Under the pieces are notes generated by a model. The model was not told where the DNA came from. It searched no databases and saw only the letters and a list, made by a program, of their open reading frames with translations. A DNA stretch of 23,013 nucleotides from Armatimonadota bacterium (GTDB lineage Bacteria > Armatimonadota > Zipacnadia > Zipacnadales > UBA5352), in assembly GCA_034722055.1 (NCBI GenBank), contig JAYENL010000258.1:1-23013 (forward strand). The letters run 5' to 3'. Of the stretch, positions 1 to 7,859 are shown piece after piece. Numbering within the stretch: the stretch's first letter is position 1; each line of letters begins with the position of its first letter. The translations under genes and the position numbers were made by a program.

Positions 1-78
1 GGCATCGGGCGCTGTGGGAGTCCTTCGATGGGCGGCGGTGAACAACCTTCGGGGCGGCGCCTCGCTCACCAGAGGCCC

Positions 79-176
79 GTGGGGCCGGCTTGCCGCCGGC
101 CACGCCCTACGGACTCGCAGGCTGGAAGCCTGCGCCACGGGGGGAGTGGATTGCCAGGCTGGGAGCTCTGCGCCAC
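79..176. repeat. Cluster of REP-like short palindromes downstream of recD2
   Basis: 116-138 reads GTGG-CGCAGGC-TTCCA-GCCTGCG on the - strand (GTRG tag plus 7-bp stem). A degenerate copy at 155-176 shares caggctgg..ag...ctgcgccacgg. 79-110 is a GGCCGG/CCGGCC inverted repeat with GTGG and CTAC ends. Confidence 0.5.
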
Positions 177-205
177 GGACGGACAGCGGGGGCTTGAGGT
201 GCGAC

Positions 206-2431
206 TCAGACGTCCAGCGCGGCCTGCAGGCCGCCGACTGGCGCCTCGCCACGGAGGCGCTCGGCCAGGCGTGTGTAGCGCCGCTGCTCCTCGGTGTTGG
301 TGGCGGCGCGATAGACGCCGGCGCTGTTGCCCACGATCACGGCCAGGTCCTCAGCGCGCGTGAGGGCGGTGTACAGCAGGTTGCGGCGGAGCATGATGTA
401 GTGCGTGGAGTGCATGACGATGACCACGCAGGAGTACTCGCTGCCCTGGGACTTGTGGATGGTCATGGCGTAGGCGAGCTGGAGCTGATCGATGTCGGAG
501 CGGTCGTAGGTGACCTCCTGGTCCTCGAATGCCACGGTCACGCCGCGGTCGCGGGCGCTGATGCGCCGGACGCGGCCGATCTCACCGTTGTAGACCGCCT
601 TGTCGTAGTTGTTGACCACCTGCAGCACGCGGTCGCCCTCGCGGAGGGTCTGGTCGCCGTGGCGGACCTCGGCCTTACGGGGCGAGGGGGCGTTGAGCGC
701 CTCCTGCAGGCGCCGGTTCAGCGCGGTGACTCCCAAGGGCCCCCGGTGCATGGGCGTGATCACCTGCACCTCGCGGCGATCGAAGCCTAGCCGGGGCAGC
801 TCCTGCGTGACCGCCCGGATGACCAGGTCCGCCCCCCGCTGGGGCTCTCGGGCGTGGACGAAGAGGCAGTCCTCGCCGTCGCGGCGCTTCCAGGGCACCA
901 GGATCGGCTCCTGGTCGCGAATCAGCCGGTGGGCATTGGTGACGATCAGCGACCGCTGCGCCTGCCGGAAGATCTCGGTGAGCCGGAAGACCGGGACGGC
1001 GTCGGAGGACACCAGGTCGCGGAAGAAGTTGCCGGGGCCCACGCTGGGGAGCTGATTGGCGTCGCCGATGAACACCACCTGTGCCCGCTCCGGGAGGGCG
1101 CGCAGCAGGTCCCGGGCCAGCAGCAGGTCGATCATCGAGGACTCGTCGATGACCAGCGTGTCCACCTTTAGCGGCTCGTCCTGGTTGTGGGTGAAGGCGG
1201 CCTTGAAGGGATCGTATGCCAGGAGGCGGTGGATGGTGGAGGCGTCGGCGCCGGCCAGCTCGGACATGCGCTTGGCGGCCCGACCCGTCGGCGCCGCCAG
1301 CGCCACCTTTCGCCCCAGCGCCTGGCAGGCGCTCACGATGACGCGCACCAGCGTGGTCTTGCCCGTCCCCGGCCCGCCGGTGATGACCGTGATGCGGCGG
1401 GCCAGCGCCCCGGCCACCGCGGCCTGCTGCTGGTGGGAGAGGATGACCCCGGCCATCTCGCCACGCCGGGCCAGCCACCCGCGCGTCTGATCGGGGGCGG
1501 GGGCGCCGGGGACGTCCTCGGATGCCATCTGCAGCACGCGCATCGCCACCTCCCGCTCCGCCGCCAGCAGGTGCGGCAGATACACCGCATGGCCCTGCGG
1601 GGCCTCCTCGATGGCCACCTCGTCGGCGTCCTCCAGCTCGTGCAGCGCCCGCTCGATCAGCTCCACCTCCACGTCCAGGAGCTGCTGGCCCTCATCGAGC
1701 AGCCGCGTGGCGGGCAGGAAGAGGTGGCCCTCGCCGGTGGCATCGTGCAGGCAGTAGATCAGCCCCGCCTGCAGCCTCGAGGGGTCCCGGGGATCGACGC
1801 CCACCGATCGGGCGATGCGATCGGCGGTGGCGAAGCCCACGCCGCGGATGCGCCGCGCCAGCACGTAGGGGTCGGTCTCGATGACCTCAATGGTGCGATC
1901 GCCGAAGGTGGAGGCGATCCTGGCGCCCAGCGCGCCGGCCATGCCGTGCTCGTGCAGAAAGAGCATGACCTCGCGCATCCGTGACTGCCGCTGCCAGGCG
2001 CTGATGAGCGCCTCGGCGCGCTTCTCGCCGATCCCCTCCACCTCCCGCACGCGCTCGGGCTGACTATCGAGGACCTCCAGCGTCTCCTCGCCGAAGTGAT
2101 CCACGAGGCGCTTGGCGAGGCCCTTGCCGATACCCTCGACGTGCCCGGACGCCAGGTAGCTGATGATGGCCTCGGTTGAGGACGGCCGCACCGGTTGGTA
2201 GCTGTCGAACTGGAACTGCCGCCCATAGCGGGAGTCCACCACCCAGCGGCCGTAGACGCGCAGGTTCTCGCCCACGGTGGGCTCGCTGATGTTGCCGACC
2301 GCGGTCACCTTCCGGTCGCCGCAGCGCAGGTGCAGCACGCACCAGTGGTTATCTGGGGCGTGGAAGACGATGCGCTCCACGCACCCCTCCAGGCGCTCGC
2401 GGTCATCCTCGCGTGGCTGCTGCTGGCTCAT
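206..2431 (-). CDS. recD2: ATP-dependent RecD-like DNA helicase (RecD2/YrrC family, SF1B)
   Basis: N-terminal OB-like region (LEGCVERIVF...YGRQF), HhH motifs (VEGIGKGLA, VEGIGEKRA), Walker A GGPGTGKTT, DESSM, GDANQLPSVGPG and AYAMTIHKSQGSEY. Start placed at ATG 2431 (MSQQQ); the longer ORF extension overlaps the divergent gene and promoter. Confidence 0.95.
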   Translation of the reverse strand: MSQQQPREDDRERLEGCVERIVFHAPDNHWCVLHLRCGDRKVTAVGNISEPTVGENLRVYGRWVVDSRYGRQFQFDSYQPVRPSSTEAIISYLASGHVEGIGKGLAKRLVDHFGEETLEVLDSQPERVREVEGIGEKRAEALISAWQRQSRMREVMLFLHEHGMAGALGARIASTFGDRTIEVIETDPYVLARRIRGVGFATADRIARSVGVDPRDPSRLQAGLIYCLHDATGEGHLFLPATRLLDEGQQLLDVEVELIERALHELEDADEVAIEEAPQGHAVYLPHLLAAEREVAMRVLQMASEDVPGAPAPDQTRGWLARRGEMAGVILSHQQQAAVAGALARRITVITGGPGTGKTTLVRVIVSACQALGRKVALAAPTGRAAKRMSELAGADASTIHRLLAYDPFKAAFTHNQDEPLKVDTLVIDESSMIDLLLARDLLRALPERAQVVFIGDANQLPSVGPGNFFRDLVSSDAVPVFRLTEIFRQAQRSLIVTNAHRLIRDQEPILVPWKRRDGEDCLFVHAREPQRGADLVIRAVTQELPRLGFDRREVQVITPMHRGPLGVTALNRRLQEALNAPSPRKAEVRHGDQTLREGDRVLQVVNNYDKAVYNGEIGRVRRISARDRGVTVAFEDQEVTYDRSDIDQLQLAYAMTIHKSQGSEYSCVVIVMHSTHYIMLRRNLLYTALTRAEDLAVIVGNSAGVYRAATNTEEQRRYTRLAERLRGEAPVGGLQAALDV

Positions 2432-2599
2432 GGGGCAAGGAAGTTCCACCCCGCGGGGCATGGGACCTGCCTGAGGACCGGCCGGGACGGTTCCATGCCG
2501 GGCTGGAAGCTCAGCGCGCGGCGTAAGGACGGCTGCTTTCCGGAGGCTGGCCTGCGGGAGCGGCCCGCATGGGTCGGCGGGCGCATCTCCTCGCTGTGC

Positions 2600-2629
2600 T
2601 TGACACCGCCTCCAGCGTGGCCGTACACT
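2600..2629 (+). promoter_or_regulatory. Putative sigma70 promoter for the kinase-mutase operon
   Basis: TTGACA (2600-2605), 18-bp spacer, TACACT (2624-2629), ~55 bp upstream of ATG 2685. Confidence 0.7.
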
Positions 2630-2684
2630 GCACCCGAGTTGCATGATGGCCCCTTGGCGCGCCGAGGAGGTGCTGGAGCACAGG

Positions 2685-3791
2685 ATGGACCGACGCGTTA
2701 CCGTCTCGGCTCCGGGGAGAATCTGCCTCTTCGGCGAGCACCAGGACTTCCTGGGGCTGTCGGTGATTGCCTGCGCCATCGACCTCGACATCCGCATCTC
2801 CGGGACGCCGCGCAGCGACACCCGCTTCGCCATCGACATGCCCGACATCGACATGCGAGATGAGTTCGACGCCGCCCGGGAGGTGCCGTACCACGGGTCC
2901 CGCGATTACATCCGCTCCGCCACCAACGTGGTCAGCCGCCACGGCGTGGACTTCACCTGCGGCTACGACTGCAGGATCCGGGGCACGATCCCCATCAACG
3001 CCGGCGCCTCCAGCTCCTCGGCGCTGACCGTGGCCTGGGTGAGCTTCGCATGGGCCACGCAGACAGGGGACCTGCCCGACAGTCGGGAGATGATTGCCCG
3101 CCTGGCGCACCTGGCGGAGGTGGTGGAGTTCGGCGAGCCGGGCGGGATGATGGACCACTATACCTCCGCCGTGGGCGGGCTGCTTTTCATCGACTGCCGG
3201 GAGCCCATCACGGTGGACCGCCTCCCGGCGAGGCTGGACGGGTTCGTGCTGGGGGACTCCCTGGAGCCCAAGGACACCACCGGCGTGCTGGCCAAGAGCC
3301 GCAGTGCGGTGGAGACGGGGCTGGCGGTGCTTCGCGACCGCATTCGGGACTTCGACTTCCGGACCACCGCGCTGGCCGAGGTGGAGCCCTTCCTCGATGA
3401 GATGCCCGAGGAGAGCCGGAAGCGGATCGTGGCGAACTTCCACAACCGTGAGATCTGCCGCCGAGCCGGGGAGCTGCTGGGCCAGCCGGAGGTGGATGAC
3501 CAGCGCCTCGGCGAGCTGCTCTACGAGCATCACGAGCACCTTCGGGACGGGATCGGGGTCTCGACGCCAAAGATCGACCGGATGCTGGAGGCGGCCATGG
3601 AGGCCGGGGCGCTGGGCGGGAAGGTCAATGGCTCGGGCGGGGGAGGCACCATGTTCGCGTACGCTCCGGGCCGCCAGGAGCAGGTAAAGGCCGCCATCGA
3701 CGCCGCCGGCGGCCGGGGGATCATCATCACACCGCGGGAGGGCGCCACGCTGCTGGAGAGAGGCGCCACGGGAGAGGGGAAGCACCAGTGA
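2685..3791 (+). CDS. GHMP-family sugar kinase (galactokinase-like)
   Basis: APGRICLFGEHQDF (GalK-type N-terminal signature), PINAGASSSSA (GHMP ATP-binding motif), GGMMDH and GGKVNGSGGGGT. ATG 2685 is preceded by GGAG; the ORF is open from 2643. Substrate not determinable. Confidence 0.88.
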   Translation: MDRRVTVSAPGRICLFGEHQDFLGLSVIACAIDLDIRISGTPRSDTRFAIDMPDIDMRDEFDAAREVPYHGSRDYIRSATNVVSRHGVDFTCGYDCRIRGTIPINAGASSSSALTVAWVSFAWATQTGDLPDSREMIARLAHLAEVVEFGEPGGMMDHYTSAVGGLLFIDCREPITVDRLPARLDGFVLGDSLEPKDTTGVLAKSRSAVETGLAVLRDRIRDFDFRTTALAEVEPFLDEMPEESRKRIVANFHNREICRRAGELLGQPEVDDQRLGELLYEHHEHLRDGIGVSTPKIDRMLEAAMEAGALGGKVNGSGGGGTMFAYAPGRQEQVKAAIDAAGGRGIIITPREGATLLERGATGEGKHQ

Positions 3792-5170
3792 GCACGCGCA
3801 GCGCTGACGCCAGCAGGCCGCTGAAGATCACCATCGCGGGGGTGCGCGGCGTGATCGGGGAGACCCTCACGCCCGACCTGCTGGTGAACTTCAGCCAGGC
3901 CTTCGGGACCTACGTCGGACCGGGGCGGGTGCTGGTCTCCCGCGACACGCGGCCCTCGGGGCCCATGGTGGCCCCCTGCGTGTTCTCGGGCCTGACCGCC
4001 ACCGGGTGTGAGGTCGTGGACCTGGGCGTCTGCCCCACGGCCGCCCTGCAGCTTGCCGTCCGGCAGTCCGACGCCGTGGGGGGCGTCGCTATCACCGCCG
4101 GGCACAATGACGCGAGCTGGAACGCGCTCAAGTTCTGCCGCGCCGACGGCATCTACCTCAACGCGCGCCAGGCCGAGGAGCTGCTGAACATCTATCATCA
4201 GCGCGAGTTCACCAAGGCGGCCTGGGACGAGCTTGCGCCCCTGGGACGCGATGACGCCGCCGGGGAGCGGCACCTGCAGGCGGTGCTGGGGCAGGTTGAC
4301 GCCGAAACCACCCGCGCAGCGGGGCTGAAGATCGCGGTGGACTGCGCCAACGGCGCCTGCTCGGAGTTCACGCCGCGCTTCCTGGAGGAGCTGGGCTGCG
4401 AGGTGGTGGCGATCAACGATGATCCCGAGCTGCCCTTCCCGCACGAGCCGCGGCCCACGCCACCGAACCTCAGCCAGCTCCGGGCCCTGGTCTCGGCGGC
4501 CGGCGCCGACGCCGGCTTCGCCCACGACGCCGACGGCGACCGGCTGGGCATCGTGACCGAGGAGGGGGAGGCGCCGGGGGAGGAGTACACGCTGTGCCTG
4601 GCCACCGAGATGGTGCTGGGCCGCGGCGATCCCGGCCCGGTGGTCACGAACCTCTCGACCACCATGGCCGTCGATGACGTGGCCGCCAGGCACGGCCATG
4701 AGGTCATTCGCACCGGCGTGGGGCAGGTCTTCATCGCGGAGGGGGCGCTGAATCACGGCGCGGCCATCGCCGGGGAGGGCTCCGGCGGGATCGTCTTCCC
4801 GCGCATCAACTACGCGCATGACAGCATTGCGGCGCTGGCGCACATCGTGAACCTGATCGCGGAGCGCGGCCGGCCGCTGTCGGAGCTGATCGGGGAGATC
4901 CCGCGGTACTACATCGTCAAGCGCGTGGTGGTCTGCCCGCCTCAGCGGGCCTACAGCGTGATCGAGGAGCTGCGGCGGAGCCTGGACGCGCCCTGGGCGG
5001 ATGAGGTGAACCTCGATGATGGCATCAAGCTGGTGGGCGCGGACCGGTGGGTGCACATTCGGGTGTCGATGACCGAGCCGCGCATCCGCGTGATCACGGA
5101 GGCGAAGGCGCAGGGCCTGGCCATGGACCTGGCGGATGAGTACGTGCGGCGGGTGAACCGGCTGCTGTGA
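3788..5170 (+). CDS. Alpha-D-phosphohexomutase family protein (GlmM/PMM-like), copy 1, lacking the catalytic Ser
   Basis: GVRG, SRDTRPSG, metal loop DADGDR, AGEGSGG and RVSMTEPRIRV. The active-site loop is TAGHND instead of TASHNP. GTG start overlaps the kinase stop (GTGA). Confidence 0.9.
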   Translation: MSTRSADASRPLKITIAGVRGVIGETLTPDLLVNFSQAFGTYVGPGRVLVSRDTRPSGPMVAPCVFSGLTATGCEVVDLGVCPTAALQLAVRQSDAVGGVAITAGHNDASWNALKFCRADGIYLNARQAEELLNIYHQREFTKAAWDELAPLGRDDAAGERHLQAVLGQVDAETTRAAGLKIAVDCANGACSEFTPRFLEELGCEVVAINDDPELPFPHEPRPTPPNLSQLRALVSAAGADAGFAHDADGDRLGIVTEEGEAPGEEYTLCLATEMVLGRGDPGPVVTNLSTTMAVDDVAARHGHEVIRTGVGQVFIAEGALNHGAAIAGEGSGGIVFPRINYAHDSIAALAHIVNLIAERGRPLSELIGEIPRYYIVKRVVVCPPQRAYSVIEELRRSLDAPWADEVNLDDGIKLVGADRWVHIRVSMTEPRIRVITEAKAQGLAMDLADEYVRRVNRLL

Positions 5171-5188
5171 CCGAACGGCGAAGCTCTG

Positions 5189-5208
5189 GGCGGCGTAGGC
5201 ACGCCGCC
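5189..5208. other. GC-rich hairpin after mutase copy 1
   Basis: GGCGGCGT-AGGC-ACGCCGCC, a perfect 8-bp stem. There is no U-tract, so it is not a classic intrinsic terminator. Confidence 0.5.
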
Positions 5209-5291
5209 GCTCCGTACGGCATGGGCCACGCGCAGGCCGCGCATCTGCACTGTTGCTCGAAGCTCGTCGCTGCCGTTGGCGCCGCAAGCCC

Positions 5292-5366
5292 GCAGCTTGC
5301 GACTTGCAGCTTGTGGCTGCCGTCTTGGCGTTGCCGTAAGCTGATAGCTGACCGCTGATAGCTGTC
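5292..5366. repeat. Two short arrays of imperfect 7-bp tandem repeats
   Basis: 5292-5319: GCAGCTT GCGACTT GCAGCTT GTGGCTG. 5339-5366: AGCTGAT AGCTGAC CGCTGAT AGCTGTC. Confidence 0.7.
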
Positions 5367-5386
5367 GTTAAGCGAGAGGATCACTG

Positions 5387-6751
5387 ATGGCTGGCATCCA
5401 GAGCTTGAGGATCGGGGTATCCGGCGTCCGGGGCATCGTGGGCCAGTCGCTGACGCCGCAGCTTGTGGTGGGCTTCGCGGAGGCCTTCGGCACGTACCTG
5501 GATGGCGGAGTGGTGGTGATCGGCCGCGATCCGCGACCGTCGGGGGAGATGATCCTCAACGCCCTCACGGGCGGGCTGCTCTCCACGGGCTGCTCGGTGA
5601 TCGACGTGGGCGTCTGCCCCACGCCCACCATGCAGCACGCGGTGGTGGACCTGGCCGCGGACGGCGGGATCGCCATCACCGCCAGCCATCACCCCGCGGC
5701 CTGGAACGCCCTCAAGTTCTGCCGGGAGGACGGCGTCTTCCTCAACCAGTATCAGGCCGAGGAGCTGCTGAACGTCTACCACCAGGGGGCCTTCGTCCAG
5801 CAGCCCCACGACGCCCTGGGGCGCATGGGCGGCGACGAGGGCGCCATCAACCGCCACCTCTCGAAGGTCCTCTACGCCACGGATCGCGACGCCATCGCCA
5901 GGATGGCGCCGAAGGTAGTCATCGACTCCGTCAACGGCGCCGGCGCGGACTGCGCGGAGGGGCTGCTGGAGAAGATGGGCTGCGAGGTGGTGGCCATCAA
6001 CGATGTGCCCAACGGCCGCTTCCCGCGGGAGCCCGAGCCCATCCCCGAGAACCTCGGCCAGCTCTGCGAGGCCGTTGTCGAGCATGATGCGGACATCGGC
6101 TTCGGCCAGGACGCCGACGGGGATCGGCTGGCCATCGTCTCCGAGCGCGCCGAGGCCATCGGGGAGGAGTTCACGCTGGCCTTCGCCGCCGACGTGATGG
6201 CCGAGAAGCGCCGGGGTGGTCCGCTGGTCACCAACCTCTCCACCAGTCGCATGATCGAGGAGGTCGGGGAGCGCCACGGCTGTGAGGTCATACGCTCGAA
6301 GGTCGGTGAGGTGAACGTGGTGGAGACCATGCTGGCCGTGGACGCCATCGGCGGAGGGGAGGGCAACGGCGGCGTCATCGACCCCGAGCTGCACTACTGC
6401 CGGGACAACCTGGCCGCGATGGCGCTGATCCTGGAGGGGATGGCGAGCCGCGCAGTGACGGTCGGCGAGTGGGCGGCCAGCTTCCGGCCATCCGCGATCG
6501 TCAAGGACCGGCTGCCATGCCCGGCAGGGATGACCGGGCGGGCGGTGCTGGCGCTGCAGCGGCACTACGAGGGGCGGGAGCTGGACCTGACGGAGGGCGT
6601 GAAGGTGTTCTTCGAGGGCGGCGCCTGGCTGCACGCCCGTCCCAGCAACACCGAGCCGATCATCCGCGTGGTGGCGGAGGCCGACGATCGGGCCACCGCC
6701 CGCCGCCTCTCCGACGAGGCCGTCCAGGTCGCCGACGAGGCCATCCGCTGA
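5387..6751 (+). CDS. Alpha-D-phosphohexomutase (phosphoglucosamine mutase/phosphomannomutase-like), copy 2, catalytic Ser present
   Basis: SGVRG, GRDPRPSG, TASHHP (Ser100), DADGDR, GGEGNGG and RPSNTEPIIRV. GAGGA RBS upstream. Confidence 0.93.
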   Translation: MAGIQSLRIGVSGVRGIVGQSLTPQLVVGFAEAFGTYLDGGVVVIGRDPRPSGEMILNALTGGLLSTGCSVIDVGVCPTPTMQHAVVDLAADGGIAITASHHPAAWNALKFCREDGVFLNQYQAEELLNVYHQGAFVQQPHDALGRMGGDEGAINRHLSKVLYATDRDAIARMAPKVVIDSVNGAGADCAEGLLEKMGCEVVAINDVPNGRFPREPEPIPENLGQLCEAVVEHDADIGFGQDADGDRLAIVSERAEAIGEEFTLAFAADVMAEKRRGGPLVTNLSTSRMIEEVGERHGCEVIRSKVGEVNVVETMLAVDAIGGGEGNGGVIDPELHYCRDNLAAMALILEGMASRAVTVGEWAASFRPSAIVKDRLPCPAGMTGRAVLALQRHYEGRELDLTEGVKVFFEGGAWLHARPSNTEPIIRVVAEADDRATARRLSDEAVQVADEAIR

Positions 6752-6840
6752 GGCGAACCGTTGCGTCAGGACGAGCGCCGCGACCTAACTCCTCGTTCGC
6801 CTCTGATCGCACCGTCTGCGCCGCTGTTGTCCGTTCGAGG

Positions 6841-7659
6841 TCACAGCTCGAGCGTCATGCCGTCGAAGGCCACCTCGATGCCCTCCGGGGCGAAGAACTC
6901 CTCCAGGCGCTGGTGCAGCCAGCCGCCGTTGTGTGAGAAGTGCGTGGCGATGATCCGGGCGTCGGGCGTCAGGGCGCCGAGCTTCGCCAGCTCATCGCGC
7001 ACCTGCACCACCTCGTTGACGCCCAGGTGCTGCCGCCCGCCCTCGCGCGGCCCGTAGGTGCACTCGAGGATGACGATGTCGAGCTCATGTCGCCCCAGGA
7101 ACTCCCAGCTCTCCTCGGGCCACCAGCCGGTATCGTTGCCCTGCAGCAGCGTCCGGCCGTCGCGCTCGAAGAGGTAGTTCACGGCCATCTCCCCCTCGGC
7201 GTGATCGGCCACGATGGGCGTGGCGAACACGCCCTCCCCGAGGTCGATGACCTCGAAGGGCTGGATGAGCTCGAAGCGCGCCCGGGCCTCCGCCAGAGAG
7301 TGGTCCAGGCGGTCGAAGGCCTGGCGGACGGCCTCATTCCCGTAGATGGTCAGCACCTGGTCCTCCCGCAGGTCCACGAAGCCCGGCCGGCGGTACATGA
7401 TCTCCGCCGGCGTGAGGTGATCGGCGTGGGAGTGCGTGATCAGCAGATGCTCCATGGCAGCGTAGTCGAGGTCGAACCGCACCATCTGCGCGAAGGAGTC
7501 CGGGCCGAAGTCCACGTGGATGCGCTCGCCAAGCTGGTAGGCGCATCGGCGCCGGATGTTCTTGCCGCCGAGTCTGCGGGCCTGTGCACAGGTCTCACAG
7601 GGACACCACAGGGCCGGCCAGCCCTCCGCGGCGGCGGTTCCCAGGATCGTGAGGGTCAC
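6841..7659 (-). CDS. MBL-fold metallo-hydrolase (PhnP-like phosphodiesterase family)
   Basis: LGTAAAEG, CPCETC, THSHADH (HxHxDH), NDTG and THFSHNG. GTG start with GGAGGAG RBS. Confidence 0.9.
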   Translation of the reverse strand: MTLTILGTAAAEGWPALWCPCETCAQARRLGGKNIRRRCAYQLGERIHVDFGPDSFAQMVRFDLDYAAMEHLLITHSHADHLTPAEIMYRRPGFVDLREDQVLTIYGNEAVRQAFDRLDHSLAEARARFELIQPFEVIDLGEGVFATPIVADHAEGEMAVNYLFERDGRTLLQGNDTGWWPEESWEFLGRHELDIVILECTYGPREGGRQHLGVNEVVQVRDELAKLGALTPDARIIATHFSHNGGWLHQRLEEFFAPEGIEVAFDGMTLEL

Positions 7660-7695
7660 GGTGCTCCTCCGGGTGGACCAGGTTCGGTTGTGAGG

Positions 7696-7716
7696 TCACT
7701 GCAGCGGCAGGGTGTC
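7696..7716. repeat. Direct repeat copy 1 (duplicate of the ruvB 3' end)
   Basis: TCACTGCAGCGGCAGGGTGTC, 20/21 identical to 8783-8803. Confidence 0.92.
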
Positions 7717-7755
7717 GAGCTGGCTATAGTGACAGTAGAAATCGTCGCGAACTGG

Positions 7756-7784
7756 TTGCATGATTCGGTCCTATTGGGTATACT
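7756..7784 (+). promoter_or_regulatory. Near-consensus sigma70 promoter convergent to the DUF3800 gene
   Basis: TTGCAT (7756-7761), 17-bp spacer, TATACT (7779-7784). Predicted +1 is near 7791, exactly where the first hairpin begins. No credible + strand CDS follows. Confidence 0.75.
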
Positions 7785-7790
7785 ACCTAC

Positions 7791-7859
7791 AGCAGGCAAG
7801 AGCCTGTGCTAAGGCCCGGTGCCCTCGAAGGGCTTGATAGGGATAACCCCGCCGGGCTT
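7791..7859 (+). ncRNA. Putative DUF3800-associated structured ncRNA
   Basis: Hairpin CAGGC-AAGA-GCCUG (extendable by AGC/GCU), then a three-way junction closed by AGGCCCGGU (7812-7820)/GCCGGGCUU (7851-7859). The junction encloses GCCCU-CGA-AGGGC (7821-7833) and GGG-AUAA-CCC. It lies between a promoter and the DUF3800 stop codon. Confidence 0.65.

Noticed and set aside
2432..2854. N-terminal 141-aa extension of the recD2 ORF
   Set aside because: It overlaps the divergent kinase gene and its promoter. RecD2 similarity begins at MSQQQ (2431).
3530..6634. Long - strand ORFs (585 aa, 417 aa) opposite the mutases; similar ones at 14633-15835, 16040-17224, 18172-19779 and 19840-21756
   Set aside because: Shadow ORFs of well-supported genes on the other strand.
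6750..6803. 9-bp inverted repeat GAGGCGAAC/GTTCGCCTC between convergent genes
   Set aside because: The 36-nt loop and lack of a U-tract make it insufficient to call a terminator or element.
7791..7859. tRNA gene
   Set aside because: It has a T-loop-like hairpin but no cloverleaf with a 7-nt anticodon loop or acceptor/CCA end, so it is kept as a putative ncRNA instead.
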